Source: Gammaproteobacteria bacterium (GTDB lineage: Bacteria; Pseudomonadota; Gammaproteobacteria; DSM-16500). Taken from it: a stretch of DNA of 64,000 nucleotides. Positions 52,032 to 62,753 of the stretch are shown here, piece after piece (the stretch's first letter is position 1; the number at the start of each line of letters is the position of its first letter). Location: NCBI GenBank assembly GCA_013286215.1, contig JABDGC010000001.1, positions 92,564 through 156,563 of the forward strand, in the 5' to 3' direction. The notes below the pieces were generated by a model. The model searched no databases, was not told the DNA's origin, and worked only from the letters and a program-made list of their open reading frames with translations. The position numbers and the translations under genes are program-made.

Positions 52032-52925
52032 ATGAAAACAGTCATTCACATGTTGGGCTATGCTTCAGCCGTCGGTGGCGTCAGTCCTGCATGCGGGCAA
52101 GGCCCGCTCGTGCTGCAACAATCCAAAGAATTAGAGCAGTTATTAGGCCATCTGTCCAAGGCGGGGATTGATTTTAAATGGGAGGGCTTGATTCTACCGC
52201 AGCCCTTTTCTCCGGAGACACTGGCCGCTGAAGTCCGGCGTCTCTGCCAGATTCTGGCGGTTACGACTGCGGAGTTCACACGCAAAAAGGAATTTTTCAT
52301 CGTGACCGGGGGCGACCATACTTCTGCGATGGGTACTTGGAGCGGCGTTCGTGCAGCTTTGTCTGGTTCTTTGGGGTTGATCTGGGTCGATGCCCACATG
52401 GACAGCCATACGCCGGAAACCTCGGAGAGTGGGCGTTTTCATGGGATGCCCTTGGCGGCATTGCTCGGCTATGGTGACTCCCGGTTTACGCAAATCTTAG
52501 CGCCCGAGCCCAAAATAAATCCGTCGCAAGTTTGTCTGATCGGCGTCAGAAGTTACGAAGCGGGAGAGGCCCAGCTCTTGAAAAAACTGGGCGTGCGCAT
52601 CTACTTTATGGACGAGGTGAAGCAACGGGGTTTGGCGGTGATATTTAATGAAGCCCTGGAGCGGGTTAACCGGGGAACGGCAGGCTATGGGCTGAGTCTG
52701 GATTTAGACGGACTCGACCCGCGGGAAGCACCTGGCGTTGACGTGCCGGAGCCGGATGGTTTAGGTCTCAAGGAGCTTTGTGAAGCTTTAAAATCGCTTT
52801 CCGGCGATCCTCGCCTTCAAGGGATGGAAGTGGTTGAGTTTAATCCCAATAAAGATATCCAGCAGCGGACTGAAAGGGCGATTGTGGAGCTGATTCAGGC
52901 GATAGGTAGTCATTATTATGCTTAA
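52032..52925 (+). CDS. rocF: arginase (ureohydrolase family)
   Basis: GGDHTSAMG, WVDAHMDSHTPETSESGRFHGMPLA and SLDLDGLDP manganese-ligand motifs. Confidence 0.85.
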   Translation: MKTVIHMLGYASAVGGVSPACGQGPLVLQQSKELEQLLGHLSKAGIDFKWEGLILPQPFSPETLAAEVRRLCQILAVTTAEFTRKKEFFIVTGGDHTSAMGTWSGVRAALSGSLGLIWVDAHMDSHTPETSESGRFHGMPLAALLGYGDSRFTQILAPEPKINPSQVCLIGVRSYEAGEAQLLKKLGVRIYFMDEVKQRGLAVIFNEALERVNRGTAGYGLSLDLDGLDPREAPGVDVPEPDGLGLKELCEALKSLSGDPRLQGMEVVEFNPNKDIQQRTERAIVELIQAIGSHYYA

Positions 52926-54738
52926 AGATAAGATCTTTTTAGCGCATTTGCCGAACCGTCCCGGCATTTATCAGATGCTCGGGCCAGGACGGGAAGTTTT
53001 ATATGTGGGAAAGGCGCGGGATTTGAAAAAACGCGTTTCTTCTTACTTTAGCGCCAAGGCTCAGGACCTGAAAACCTTGAATTTGATCGAGCAGGCCCAA
53101 AAAATTGAAATCACCTTAACGCACACCGAGCATGAAGCCCTGCTGCTCGAATGCTTTCTGATTAAAAAACACCAGCCACGTTATAATGTGCTCCTGCGGG
53201 ACGACAAAAGTTATCCTTATATTTTAATCACCGACGATCAACCCTATCCGCGTATCCTCTTGTATCGCGGTCCTAAAAAAGGAAAGGGACACTATTTTGG
53301 CCCTTACCCGAACTCGACGGCGGTTCGGGAAACCATCCATGTCATTCAAAAACTGTTTCATCTGCGTAGCTGTAACGATAGCTTCTTTGCCAATCGCAAG
53401 CGGCCCTGCCTGCATTATCAAATCGGGCTTTGCTCCGGTTCCTGCACCGGCTTGATCTCGCCCACGGACTATCAAAAAAATGTCGCGCATGCGGTGTTAT
53501 TTTTAAAAGGAAAAAGCCAGGAAGTGATACATGCGCTGCAGCGGCAAATGGAGGAAGCTGCCAAGGCCTTGCATTTTGAGCACGCCGCGAAGTTGCGCGA
53601 TCAGTTGGCTTATTTGGCGGAAATCCAGGAGCGGCAATACGTGAGCAGTCGCCTGCAGGGCAGCGCCGATGTTCTGGGCCTGGCGATGCACGCTGGCCTG
53701 GCCTGTATTTTTTTATTGTCCATTCGCGAGGGGCGTCTCTTGGGCAGTCGTGCCTATTTTCCCTCGTTGCCAAGCGCCGCCGAAGCCAGCGAGATTCTTT
53801 CTGCTTTTATCAGTCAGCATTATTGGGCGGCGGAGCCAGGGGAAGAATTGCCGCGGGAAATTGTGATCGCCGAAACCGTTGAAGATCGTTCCTTCCTGGA
53901 AAGTGCTTTAAGTGAACAGGCCAAGGCCAAAATAAAAATCGTCAAACCACTGCGGGGTGAGCGTCGCAAATGGCTGGAGATGGCCGAGTCGAACGCCAAG
54001 CAGGCGCTGGCCGGGCAGCTGATCCAAAAAACGAATATTCAGGGCCGCATCGCTGCTTTGCAAAAGGCTCTGCATTTGGAGCGTTTGCCGTCGCGCATCG
54101 AGTGTTTTGACATCAGTCATAGCGGGGGGGAGGAAACGGTGGGCTCCTGCGTCGTTTTCAATCGTGAAGGGCCGTTCAAAAGCGATTATCGCCGTTTTAA
54201 TATCAGCGGGATTACACCCGGTGACGACCTTGCGGCAATGCGCCAGGTGTTATCGAGGCGTTTCCGGCGTTTACAAGCAGAGGGGAAGTCTTTGCCCGAC
54301 TTGATTCTCATCGATGGGGGTGCCGCACAATTGGCTTCGGCAGAAAGGGCCCTGGCGGATTTGGGAGTCGAAGGGCTTTTATTGGTCGGTGTTGCTAAGG
54401 GCGAAGAACGCAAGCCGGGCTTGGAAACGCTGCATTTTTCCCGGCGGCCGCCTTTGCATCTGGCGCCGGACTCCATGGCCCTGCACTTTATCCAACAAAT
54501 TCGCGATGAGGCGCATCGCTTTGCTATTACCGGTCACCGTCAGCGCCGAGACAAGAAGCGGCGCACTTCCGTTTTAGAGTCGATCCCGGGCATCGGCGCT
54601 AAGCGCCGCCGGGCTTTGCTGAAATATTTTGGCGGCCTGCAGGCGATTGAGACGGCCAATATTGATCAACTATTGGAGGTCTCGGGAATGACAGCAAAAC
54701 TAGCCGAGGAGATTTATCGCCATTTTCATGCTGGATAA
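52918..54738 (+). CDS. uvrC: excinuclease ABC subunit C
   Basis: 606 aa with the GIY-YIG N-terminus (PGIYQMLG...LYVGKA), a UVR domain (HFEHAAKLRDQL) and a C-terminal (HhH)2. Confidence 0.95.
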   Translation: MLKDKIFLAHLPNRPGIYQMLGPGREVLYVGKARDLKKRVSSYFSAKAQDLKTLNLIEQAQKIEITLTHTEHEALLLECFLIKKHQPRYNVLLRDDKSYPYILITDDQPYPRILLYRGPKKGKGHYFGPYPNSTAVRETIHVIQKLFHLRSCNDSFFANRKRPCLHYQIGLCSGSCTGLISPTDYQKNVAHAVLFLKGKSQEVIHALQRQMEEAAKALHFEHAAKLRDQLAYLAEIQERQYVSSRLQGSADVLGLAMHAGLACIFLLSIREGRLLGSRAYFPSLPSAAEASEILSAFISQHYWAAEPGEELPREIVIAETVEDRSFLESALSEQAKAKIKIVKPLRGERRKWLEMAESNAKQALAGQLIQKTNIQGRIAALQKALHLERLPSRIECFDISHSGGEETVGSCVVFNREGPFKSDYRRFNISGITPGDDLAAMRQVLSRRFRRLQAEGKSLPDLILIDGGAAQLASAERALADLGVEGLLLVGVAKGEERKPGLETLHFSRRPPLHLAPDSMALHFIQQIRDEAHRFAITGHRQRRDKKRRTSVLESIPGIGAKRRRALLKYFGGLQAIETANIDQLLEVSGMTAKLAEEIYRHFHAG

Positions 54739-54819
54739 ATTCTATAGAAGCAGCGCTTGATTCTTTTATTAAATTGCGTTTAACTGTTTTAGTTCCTAAA
54801 AAACTAGCCAGGTGGTTTT

Positions 54820-55425
54820 ATGCATCCGGTCATGAACTGGCCTAACATTTTAACCTTTACTCGGATCTCACTCATTCCGCTGTTGGCTATTTTCTACTAT
54901 ATACCCGTTTATGGGCATGTGATCGCGGCTGTTCTCTTCGCTTTTGCCGGTTTGACCGACTGGTTGGATGGCTATTTGGCGCGGCGCTGGAAGCAGACGA
55001 CCAAATTGGGTGCTTTTTTGGACCCGGTGGCGGATAAATTAATTGTTTGTATCGTGCTCGTGCTGATCGTTGGCGAGCCGCAGTTTCAATTTGTCAGCGT
55101 TGATTCCACCGTGACCAATATTCCAGCTTTTTTCATCACCTTTCCAGCAGCTATTATTGTTAGCCGTGAACTGATTGTCTCTGCTTTACGCGAATGGATG
55201 GCTGATTTAGGCAAGCGGGCCAAGGTGGCGGTTTCCTATCTAGGGAAGGTTAAAACAGCCGTTCAAATGTTCGCGATCATGGTTTTACTCTATTGTGATA
55301 ATGGAACCAGCTCCATTATTGTTTTAATTGGGTATTTGTCCTTATATGTGGCTGCTGTGTTAACAATTTGGTCGATGCTGATTTACCTCAACATGGTCTG
55401 GATTGAAAGTCAGGATGGATCCTGA
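54820..55425 (+). CDS. pgsA: CDP-diacylglycerol--glycerol-3-phosphate 3-phosphatidyltransferase
   Basis: CDP-alcohol phosphatidyltransferase motif DWLDGYLARRWKQTTKLGAFLDPVADK. The uvrC-pgsA-tRNA synteny supports the call. Confidence 0.92.
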   Translation: MHPVMNWPNILTFTRISLIPLLAIFYYIPVYGHVIAAVLFAFAGLTDWLDGYLARRWKQTTKLGAFLDPVADKLIVCIVLVLIVGEPQFQFVSVDSTVTNIPAFFITFPAAIIVSRELIVSALREWMADLGKRAKVAVSYLGKVKTAVQMFAIMVLLYCDNGTSSIIVLIGYLSLYVAAVLTIWSMLIYLNMVWIESQDGS

Positions 55426-55459
55426 TCAGAGCTGCACCTCAAAATTTTTTATTCTGCTC

Positions 55460-55487
55460 TTGACTCTAGCGAGATGCACATTAGAAT
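55460..55487 (+). promoter_or_regulatory. strong sigma70 promoter for the tRNA Gly-Cys-Leu cluster
   Basis: TTGACT (55460..55465), a 16-nt spacer, then TAGAAT (55482..55487). An A/T-rich UP-like tract (aaaattttttatt) lies upstream. The -10 box is 30 nt before the tRNA-Gly 5' end. Confidence 0.65.
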
Positions 55488-55517
55488 ACGTCCCAGGTTA
55501 TTGAAAGAAGTGGCTTA

Positions 55518-55593
<76 letters not shown>

Positions 55594-55643
55594 AATTGGT
55601 ATTAATCAACAGGGTGGCTAGGTCCACCCTGTGTCATTTATAT

Positions 55644-55714
55644 GGCTGGGTGGCAGAGTGGTTATGCAGCGGCCTGCAAAGCCGTTGACGCCGGTTCAAT
55701 TCCGACCCCAGCCT
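55644..55714 (+). tRNA. cysT: tRNA-Cys (anticodon GCA)
   Basis: Acceptor ggctggg/cccagcc, anticodon loop ctGCAaa, T loop ttcaatt, one C-A mismatch in the T stem, no encoded CCA. Confidence 0.85.
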
Positions 55715-55742
55715 GTTTCATCAGGTGCTATATAATAAAAAT

Positions 55743-55830
55743 GCCTGGGTGGCGGAATTGGTAGACGCAAGGGACTTAAAATCCCTCGGAAAATTTTTCC
55801 GTGCCGGTTCGATTCCGGCCCTAGGCACCA
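55743..55830 (+). tRNA. leuZ: tRNA-Leu (anticodon TAA), long variable arm
   Basis: Acceptor gcctggg/cctaggc, anticodon loop ctTAAaa, T arm ccggt-tcgattc-cggcc region, encoded CCA. 88 nt long. Confidence 0.9.
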
Positions 55831-55874
55831 AATTGAGTATAAGCAAGGCAAAAGAGGAAAGGGTAGAAAATACG

Positions 55875-56207
55875 ATGACTTTTGTTGTAACTGAACAGTG
55901 CATCAAATGTAAATACACGGATTGCGTTGAAGTCTGTCCGGTTGACTGCTTCTATGAAGGTCCTAATTTCCTCGCGATCAATCCGAGTGAGTGCATTGAT
56001 TGCGCTCTTTGTGAACCGGAGTGTCCAGTTAATGCCATCTACTCCCAAGACGATCTGCCTGAAAAATATCAGAATTTTATCGAAATAAACAAGGAATTAG
56101 CGGAAAAATGGCCTAATATCACGCGCATCAAGGAGGCTCCTCCTGACGCTGATCAATGGGCCAATGTCGATGGAAAATTGCAATATCTCGAAAAAGAGTG
56201 GAAATAA
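55875..56207 (+). CDS. fdxA: 7Fe ferredoxin FdxA ([3Fe-4S][4Fe-4S])
   Basis: [26 protein letters not shown]...[16 protein letters not shown]. The start at 55875 avoids the ORF-track extension that overlaps tRNA-Leu. Confidence 0.92.
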   Translation: MTFVVTEQCIKCKYTDCVEVCPVDCFYEGPNFLAINPSECIDCALCEPECPVNAIYSQDDLPEKYQNFIEINKELAEKWPNITRIKEAPPDADQWANVDGKLQYLEKEWK

Positions 56208-56216
56208 ATCGACTCC

Positions 56217-56912
56217 ATGAAAATCCTTGCCCTTGATACCTCCACCTCCGCTTGTTCTGTTGCTTTGCTCACTGAGAATGAGGCCAGAATACGTCACGAG
56301 GTCGTTCCTTTGCAGCATGCCAAATGTATTCTAGCGTATGTCGAAGAAATCCTGGGTCCCGATCGGGACTCCCTGGATGCTCTTGCCTGGGGCTGCGGTC
56401 CGGGCAGCTTTACGGGTTTGCGCATTGCCGCAAGTGTCGTCCAAGCTTTGGGCTTTGCCTATCAGCTGCCGGTGATCAACATTTCCTCCCTGGCGGCGCT
56501 GGCGCAAACGGCTTATCAGGAGCAGGGTTGGAAGCGCCTTTTGGTCGCGGTGGATGCCCGTATGAATGAGGTTTATTGGGGTGCTTATCAAATAAATGAA
56601 GACGGCTATGCAGAGTTGCTCGGCCAGGAAGGTCTTTATTCTCCTCAGCAATGCTCCGCCCTTATGGGAAAAAATCTTGATAATTCAGAAAGTTGGTATG
56701 CTGTCGGCAATGCGTGGTCTGTCTATCAGGCCGAGATGGCGAGTTGTTCAGAATTTAATCTAAAATTAAGCAAGCCCGACTGTTTGCCAAAAGCATTAGC
56801 AGTTGCTCAGTTAGGAAGGCTAAAATACAAAAAAGATCAGGGTGGCCTGCACTCTTTTGATGCTCTTCCGACGTATTTGCGAGATAATGTGTGTCAAAAG
56901 AAGGCGAGTTAG
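56217..56912 (+). CDS. tsaB: tRNA t6A37 biosynthesis protein TsaB (YeaZ)
   Basis: MKILALDTSTSACSVALL and GPGSFTGLRIA motifs. Confidence 0.9.
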   Translation: MKILALDTSTSACSVALLTENEARIRHEVVPLQHAKCILAYVEEILGPDRDSLDALAWGCGPGSFTGLRIAASVVQALGFAYQLPVINISSLAALAQTAYQEQGWKRLLVAVDARMNEVYWGAYQINEDGYAELLGQEGLYSPQQCSALMGKNLDNSESWYAVGNAWSVYQAEMASCSEFNLKLSKPDCLPKALAVAQLGRLKYKKDQGGLHSFDALPTYLRDNVCQKKAS

Positions 56913-56928
56913 AAGGAGGTTTTTAATT

Positions 56929-59900
56929 ATGGCGCTAAGAGCCGATCATGAACGCCAGACCATCATTGATCTGATACGAACCTATTTTCAAAAACGATTA
57001 CCGAAAGATCAGGCTTTAATGGTTGAAGCTTTTGCGCAACGTTATCTATCCGCTTGCGCCGTGGAAGACCTTAGAGAGCGTTCCATCGATGATCTCTGTG
57101 GCGCCTTACTGTCACAATGGAATTTTATCTATGAACGTAAGCCGGGTGAGGCCAAGGTAAGAGTTTTTAATCCCTATTTAGATGTTGACCATTGGCAATC
57201 ACAACATACCATCGTTGAAATTTCCCATGACGACATTCCCTTTCTAGTGGATTCGAGTCGTATGGAGCTGGACCGCCTGGGATATCAGGTGCATTTTGTG
57301 ATTCACATGGGCGGCCTTAAACTCAAACGTAATTCCCATGATCGCATTACGGATGTTTTGCCAGTCGATGCTGTGGTGGAAGGCGCCTCCTCGGAAGCGC
57401 CGATTTATATCGAAATTGATCGCATTATCGATACCGCTGAGATGGAAGAGCTGCGCGCGAATATCGAACATGTGTTAGGCGACGTCCGGCTAGCCGTGGT
57501 CGATTGGCGCAACATGATTGCTAAAATGGAAGAGTCCATCAACGAGTTGGAAAACAATCCACCACCGCTGGACGCCGATGACGTAGCCGAGTCTAAAGAT
57601 TTTTTAAGATGGCTCATCGCCAATAATTTCAGCTTTCTGGGTTGTCGCGACTATAAGTTGATTGGTGATGGCATGAATCGCGCCCTGCAAATGGTTCCCG
57701 GCTCCGGCTTGGGAGTGTTGCGCGACAAGGTGGGGGGGCGAGTCTCGCGTAGCTATGCTGAGCTGCCACCGCAGGCCAGAAAAATGGCCTTGTCAAAAAA
57801 TATTCTCATTATTGCGAAAACACACACCAAGTCCACGGTGCATCATCCTGGTTATACCGACTATGTGGGGGTGAAGCGTTTTAATGAAAAAGGCGAGTTA
57901 ATCGGCGAGCGTCGCTTCATCGGTCTTTATACCTCAAGCGCCTACCATTCCAATACCAAGCTCATTCCCTTTGTACGCCACAAAGTGTCAAAAATTCTCG
58001 AAGACCTGCGTTTTCCGCTGGACAGCCATGATGGAAAAGAAGTGGCACATATTCTGGAAACCGTGCCTCGCGATGATCTTTTCCAGGGCAGCCATGAGGA
58101 ATTGGTGGCGCTGACCTTGGGTATTTTACAGTTGCAGGAACGGAAGCGCATCCGGTTATTTGTGCGTCAGGATGCTTACGGCCGTTATTTTTCCTGCCTG
58201 GTTTATGTGCCGCGCGAGATTTTCACGACCGATCTGAGCAATGTCATGCAAGAGGTGCTGATGCGGGCTTTTGGCGGCATCGAGTCTATTTATAACACTT
58301 ATTTTTCCGATTCTGTGCTGGCGCGCATTCATTATAACGTTCGCGTCGATCCGCAAAGCCATCCGCATTTTGATTTGGCGGAACTGGAGCAACAATTGGT
58401 GGCGGCCGCGCGTTCCTGGGCTGACGAATTGAAGGCCAGGCTCATTCAGTCCTTTGGCGAGGCCGATGGCTTGAAGTATTTCGCAAAATATCATAAAGCG
58501 TTTCCAGCCAGTTATACCGAGTCCTGTTCGCCGGTCATCGCAGTCGAAGATATTCGAAAAATTGAAACGCTTTCGCCGGAGCAGCCACTGGGCATGTCTT
58601 TTATCAAGGACAGCGAGCGTGGGGCAGAGATACTGCGATTTAAATTGTTCCATATCGAACAAATCATTGTTTTGTCCGACGTCCTGCCGACGCTGGAACA
58701 CATGGGGCTTCGCGTTCTGGGTGAGCGTCCGCATGAAATTAAATTAAAGGGCGGCAGAACGGTTTGGATCAATGATTTTGACATGATCTATGTCAGTTCC
58801 AAGGACTTGGACGTCGAGAAAGTGGCGGATATTTTCCAAGAGACCTTTGCCCGCGTTTGGAGCCGCAGCTTCGAGGATGATGGTTTTAATCGCCTGGTTT
58901 TTGAGGCCCAACTGCTTTGGAACGAAATTGTCGTTCTGCGCGCCTACACCAAGTATCTCCGTCAAATCGGTTTTATGTTTAGCCAAAGCTATATTGAGCA
59001 GGCGCTGATTAATAATGCCGGAATTGCAAGTGATTTGATCGAGCTCTTTAAGCTACGTTTTTCGCCGCTGAATTCCCAGGAGCAACGTCAACAATCGGAT
59101 TTATTAATCGCCAAGATTGAAGAAGCCCTGGATCAGGTGCTGAGCTTGGACGAAGACCGCATCTTGCGGCGCTTGTTGGAAGTTATGCTGGCCACGCTCC
59201 GCACTAACTTTTTCCAAAAGCAGACCGACGCCTTGGGTCGGACCACGGAAAAATCCTATCTTTCCTTTAAACTCAACCCGGCAGCCATTTCAGACCTTCC
59301 TTTGCCGCGGCCGATGTATGAAATTTTTGTCTATTCTCCCCGCGTGGAAGGCGTCCATTTACGTGGCGGCAAGGCGGCCCGCGGCGGCATTCGCTGGTCG
59401 GATCGCCGTGAAGATTTTCGCACGGAAGTCTTAGGCTTAATGAAGGCCCAACAGGTTAAAAACGCCTTGATCGTGCCCGTGGGCGCGAAAGGCGGTTTTT
59501 TCCCTAAACTGTTGCCGACGGATGGCGATCGCGATGAGATCCTGAAGGAGGCGATCTATTGCTATTCTACGTTTATTCGTGGTCTGCTGGATTTGACCGA
59601 CAACATTAAGGGCGACAAAGTCATTCCCGCCAATGATGTGGTTCGCTATGATGACGACGACACCTACTTGGTGGTGGCTGCGGACAAGGGTACGGCTACT
59701 TTTTCCGACATTGCTAATAGCATCGCCAAAGAATATGAATTTTGGATGGGTGACGCTTTTGCCTCCGGTGGTTCGGCGGGCTATGACCATAAAAAAATGG
59801 GCATTACTGCCCGCGGTGTTTGGGTTTCGGTGAAGCGACATTTCCGTGAGTTGGGCTTGAATCCGGAGACTGACCCGTTTACCACCATTGGCATCGGCGA

Positions 59901-61800
59901 CATGGCCGGTGACGTCTTCGGCAACGGCGTCCTGCTTTCCAGAGGCATGAGGCTGATCGGCGCCTTTAATAACCTGCATATCTTCCTGGATCCCAATCCA
60001 GATTCGGAGGTCAGCTACGCAGAGCGTCAGCGCTTGTTTAGCCTGCCGCGCTCGAGCTGGATGGATTATAACGCCGAGCTTATTTCCAAGGGAGGCGGCG
60101 TTTATAACCGCTCAGCCAAGGCAATCGCAATTTCGCCGGAGGTTCAGGCTGCACTGGGCATCCAGGCCGAGTATCTGGTTCCCTCGGAACTGATCCGCGC
60201 CATGCTCAAGGCCCCGGTGGATTTGATTTGGAACGGCGGCATTGGCACCTTTGTGAAGTCCAGCCGTGAAACGCATTTGGATGTAGGTGACAAGCTGAAC
60301 GACGTGATTCGCGTTGATGGCTGCGAGCTGAGCGCGCGCGCTGTGGCCGAAGGCGGCAACCTGGGCTTCACCCAGCTCGGCCGTATTGAATACGCCTTGC
60401 ATGGCGGCATCATAAATACGGACTTTATTGATAATTCCGCCGGCGTTGATTGCTCCGACCACGAAGTCAATATCAAGATCCTCTTAAATAGTCTCCTGGC
60501 CGCCAATAAAATGTCACTCGAAGAGCGCAATGAACTCTTGGGCAAAATGACGGACGAAGTGGCGGAGCTCGTCCTGCGAGACAATTATGAGCAAACGCAA
60601 ATTTTGGCGCTGGAATCCTCCGTGTCACAGCAGACCATGGATATTTTCCGGCGTTATATGCTGGAATTGGAAAAGCGTGGCCGCTTGGACCGTAAACTAG
60701 AATTCCTGCCGGATGACAAGACTATTTTAGACCGTAAGGCTAACAGTAAGCTATTCACGCGGCCTGAAATCGCCGTCCTGCTCTCCTATTGCAAGCTCTT
60801 TTTGAAACAGGATATTTTGACCACGGACCTGCCTGAGGAGCCGTACTTAATCAAACATTTGTCGACCGCTTTTCCCAAGCTGCTTTGTGAGAAATATTTT
60901 CCTCAGATGAAGCAGCACCGGCTGCGCCGTGAAATTATCGCCACTCAGATTAGCAAGAGCATCACCGATCACATGGGCATTAACTTTGTCGAGCGCCTGC
61001 AAAGTGAAACGGGAGGAGCACTAGCCGCGGTTGTCCGCGCCTATACGGTTTGCGAAAGCATTTATGATTTAAATATTTTATGGCCGCAAATCGAAGCGCT
61101 GGATGACAGGGTGGATATCGCAACACAGCAATACTTGATGTTGCAGCTTTATTATTTACTGCGCCGCGGTACGCGCTGGTTCTTGCGCAACCGCAAGCCG
61201 GACATGGACATTGAAAAAACCATCGCGACCTTCGCGCCGCTGATCGCAGAGCTGATCAACAAGCTGCCCAAGCTGCTGCCTGAAAGCAATCTGGAAGCTT
61301 TAAATGTGGAAGTCAGCTCTCTGATTGAGAAAGGCGTTCCTGAAGCCCTCGCGATTCGTCTCGCGAGCTGCAATACGCTGTTTACCTCGCTGGATGTTGT
61401 CGAAGCGTCCCGGGTGAGCCATTTTAGCCCGGACGAGGTTGCGCAAACCTATTATACCTTGGGCAATTTCCTCGATTTAAGATGGCTGCGCGAGGCGATC
61501 GGCGGCTATCCCTTGGAAACGCAGTGGGGTGAGTTGGGACGTTCAAGTTTCCGCGACGATTTGGACCGCGTGCAGCGCAATTTAAGCATTAACGTCTTGA
61601 CGTTCGCCAAAAAGAAAATGAAAAAAGCGCCGATCAGTGAACGCATTCAAACCTGGGCGAATGAGCAGCAGATCTTTATTCATCGCTGGAAGAGCTTGTT
61701 GGCGGACATTAAATCTTCCGCCAATGTGGAGTTTGTGACTTACTCCGTCTTGTTGCGCGAATTATTTGATTTTGCTGAAGTGTCTCTGACTTTAGAGTAA
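56929..61800 (+). CDS. gdhB: large (about 180 kDa) NAD-specific glutamate dehydrogenase
   Basis: About 1620 aa with HLRGGKAARGGIRWSDR and AADKGTATFSD. The start at 56929 follows SD aggagg at 56914..56919. Confidence 0.92.
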   Translation: MALRADHERQTIIDLIRTYFQKRLPKDQALMVEAFAQRYLSACAVEDLRERSIDDLCGALLSQWNFIYERKPGEAKVRVFNPYLDVDHWQSQHTIVEISHDDIPFLVDSSRMELDRLGYQVHFVIHMGGLKLKRNSHDRITDVLPVDAVVEGASSEAPIYIEIDRIIDTAEMEELRANIEHVLGDVRLAVVDWRNMIAKMEESINELENNPPPLDADDVAESKDFLRWLIANNFSFLGCRDYKLIGDGMNRALQMVPGSGLGVLRDKVGGRVSRSYAELPPQARKMALSKNILIIAKTHTKSTVHHPGYTDYVGVKRFNEKGELIGERRFIGLYTSSAYHSNTKLIPFVRHKVSKILEDLRFPLDSHDGKEVAHILETVPRDDLFQGSHEELVALTLGILQLQERKRIRLFVRQDAYGRYFSCLVYVPREIFTTDLSNVMQEVLMRAFGGIESIYNTYFSDSVLARIHYNVRVDPQSHPHFDLAELEQQLVAAARSWADELKARLIQSFGEADGLKYFAKYHKAFPASYTESCSPVIAVEDIRKIETLSPEQPLGMSFIKDSERGAEILRFKLFHIEQIIVLSDVLPTLEHMGLRVLGERPHEIKLKGGRTVWINDFDMIYVSSKDLDVEKVADIFQETFARVWSRSFEDDGFNRLVFEAQLLWNEIVVLRAYTKYLRQIGFMFSQSYIEQALINNAGIASDLIELFKLRFSPLNSQEQRQQSDLLIAKIEEALDQVLSLDEDRILRRLLEVMLATLRTNFFQKQTDALGRTTEKSYLSFKLNPAAISDLPLPRPMYEIFVYSPRVEGVHLRGGKAARGGIRWSDRREDFRTEVLGLMKAQQVKNALIVPVGAKGGFFPKLLPTDGDRDEILKEAIYCYSTFIRGLLDLTDNIKGDKVIPANDVVRYDDDDTYLVVAADKGTATFSDIANSIAKEYEFWMGDAFASGGSAGYDHKKMGITARGVWVSVKRHFRELGLNPETDPFTTIGIGDMAGDVFGNGVLLSRGMRLIGAFNNLHIFLDPNPDSEVSYAERQRLFSLPRSSWMDYNAELISKGGGVYNRSAKAIAISPEVQAALGIQAEYLVPSELIRAMLKAPVDLIWNGGIGTFVKSSRETHLDVGDKLNDVIRVDGCELSARAVAEGGNLGFTQLGRIEYALHGGIINTDFIDNSAGVDCSDHEVNIKILLNSLLAANKMSLEERNELLGKMTDEVAELVLRDNYEQTQILALESSVSQQTMDIFRRYMLELEKRGRLDRKLEFLPDDKTILDRKANSKLFTRPEIAVLLSYCKLFLKQDILTTDLPEEPYLIKHLSTAFPKLLCEKYFPQMKQHRLRREIIATQISKSITDHMGINFVERLQSETGGALAAVVRAYTVCESIYDLNILWPQIEALDDRVDIATQQYLMLQLYYLLRRGTRWFLRNRKPDMDIEKTIATFAPLIAELINKLPKLLPESNLEALNVEVSSLIEKGVPEALAIRLASCNTLFTSLDVVEASRVSHFSPDEVAQTYYTLGNFLDLRWLREAIGGYPLETQWGELGRSSFRDDLDRVQRNLSINVLTFAKKKMKKAPISERIQTWANEQQIFIHRWKSLLADIKSSANVEFVTYSVLLRELFDFAEVSLTLE

Positions 61801-61827
61801 AAATGGTACGAAAAAAGGAGAAAGGCA

Positions 61828-62751
61828 ATGCAGGAGAAAACAGTCTTGGCGGGAATGTCGGCTGAATTTAATTTTCCCTCTCAGTATGCGGAGGTTTTAG
61901 ATTCAAAGATTCATTATGTAGAGCAGGGCACAGGCGATCCCATTCTTCTTTTACATGGCATGCCTAGCTCCTGCTATGTATGGCGGAATCTGATCCCCTT
62001 TTTGGCGCCGCTGGGACGTTGTATCGCTCCCGACCTCATCGGCATGGGCAAATCGGGCCGGCCTGAGATCGCTTATACGCTGGAAGATCATATTCACTAT
62101 ATTGAGCGTTTTATTGAAGTTAAAAAACTAAAAAATGTTACGCTGGTGATGCATGGCTGGGGTTCGTTGATTGGCTTTGACTACGCCATGCGCCACGAAG
62201 CGAACTGTAAAGGCCTGGCCTTTTATGAGGCTTATTTACGGCCCTTACAGGGAAGTGATTTGTCTCTGCCGTTTCAGGAGCAATTGCGCGAACTCGAGAT
62301 CTTGACCAATAAACAGGATTGGATGGCGAACGCGGCCTTTTTCCTTGATAAACTGTTGCCACAAAGCATGGTGCATCCGTTAAGCGTCGAGGAAATGAAT
62401 CATTATCGTGAGCCTTTGGCCAAAAGAGAAGAGGCTGAAAAGGGCATCGGCAAGGTTTTGATGCAATACCGCGAAGAGTTGCCGCGTGGCGATGGTAAAA
62501 GCAAGGTGGACCGCTTAATTGCGCAATACTCCCAAAAATTGGAAAAGTCTGCGCTACCGAAGTTGCTGCTCTATTCGGTTCCTGGCTTTATCACCACGAT
62601 TGCGACGGTGATGTGGGCCAAGGAACATTTGCCGAATTTGGAAATAGGGGATTTAGGCGAAGAGTTGCATTTTGCGCAGGAAACCCGGCCGCAGTTAATG
62701 GGTGAACTGATTAGTGCCTGGTTGCAGGCCGTTGAACAAAAAGGCGTTTAA
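61828..62751 (+). CDS. haloalkane dehalogenase-like alpha/beta hydrolase
   Basis: LLLHGMPSSCYVWRNLIPFL (compare HGNPTSSYLWRN) and the nucleophile-elbow context VMHGWGS. 307 aa. Confidence 0.75.
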   Translation: MQEKTVLAGMSAEFNFPSQYAEVLDSKIHYVEQGTGDPILLLHGMPSSCYVWRNLIPFLAPLGRCIAPDLIGMGKSGRPEIAYTLEDHIHYIERFIEVKKLKNVTLVMHGWGSLIGFDYAMRHEANCKGLAFYEAYLRPLQGSDLSLPFQEQLRELEILTNKQDWMANAAFFLDKLLPQSMVHPLSVEEMNHYREPLAKREEAEKGIGKVLMQYREELPRGDGKSKVDRLIAQYSQKLEKSALPKLLLYSVPGFITTIATVMWAKEHLPNLEIGDLGEELHFAQETRPQLMGELISAWLQAVEQKGV

Positions 62752-62753
62752 AA

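Noticed and set aside
55594-55643. Hairpin acagggtgg-ctaggt-ccaccctgt between tRNA-Gly and tRNA-Cys, considered as a terminator or regulatory element
   Set aside because: It lies inside a tRNA cluster that is probably co-transcribed and has no T-tract. It is more plausibly a processing-spacer structure, so it is not reported as a feature.
55725-55874. N-terminal extension of the ferredoxin ORF (ORF-track start 55725)
   Set aside because: The extension is the translation of tRNA-Leu (55743..55830). The canonical ferredoxin N-terminus MTFVVTEQC starts at 55875.
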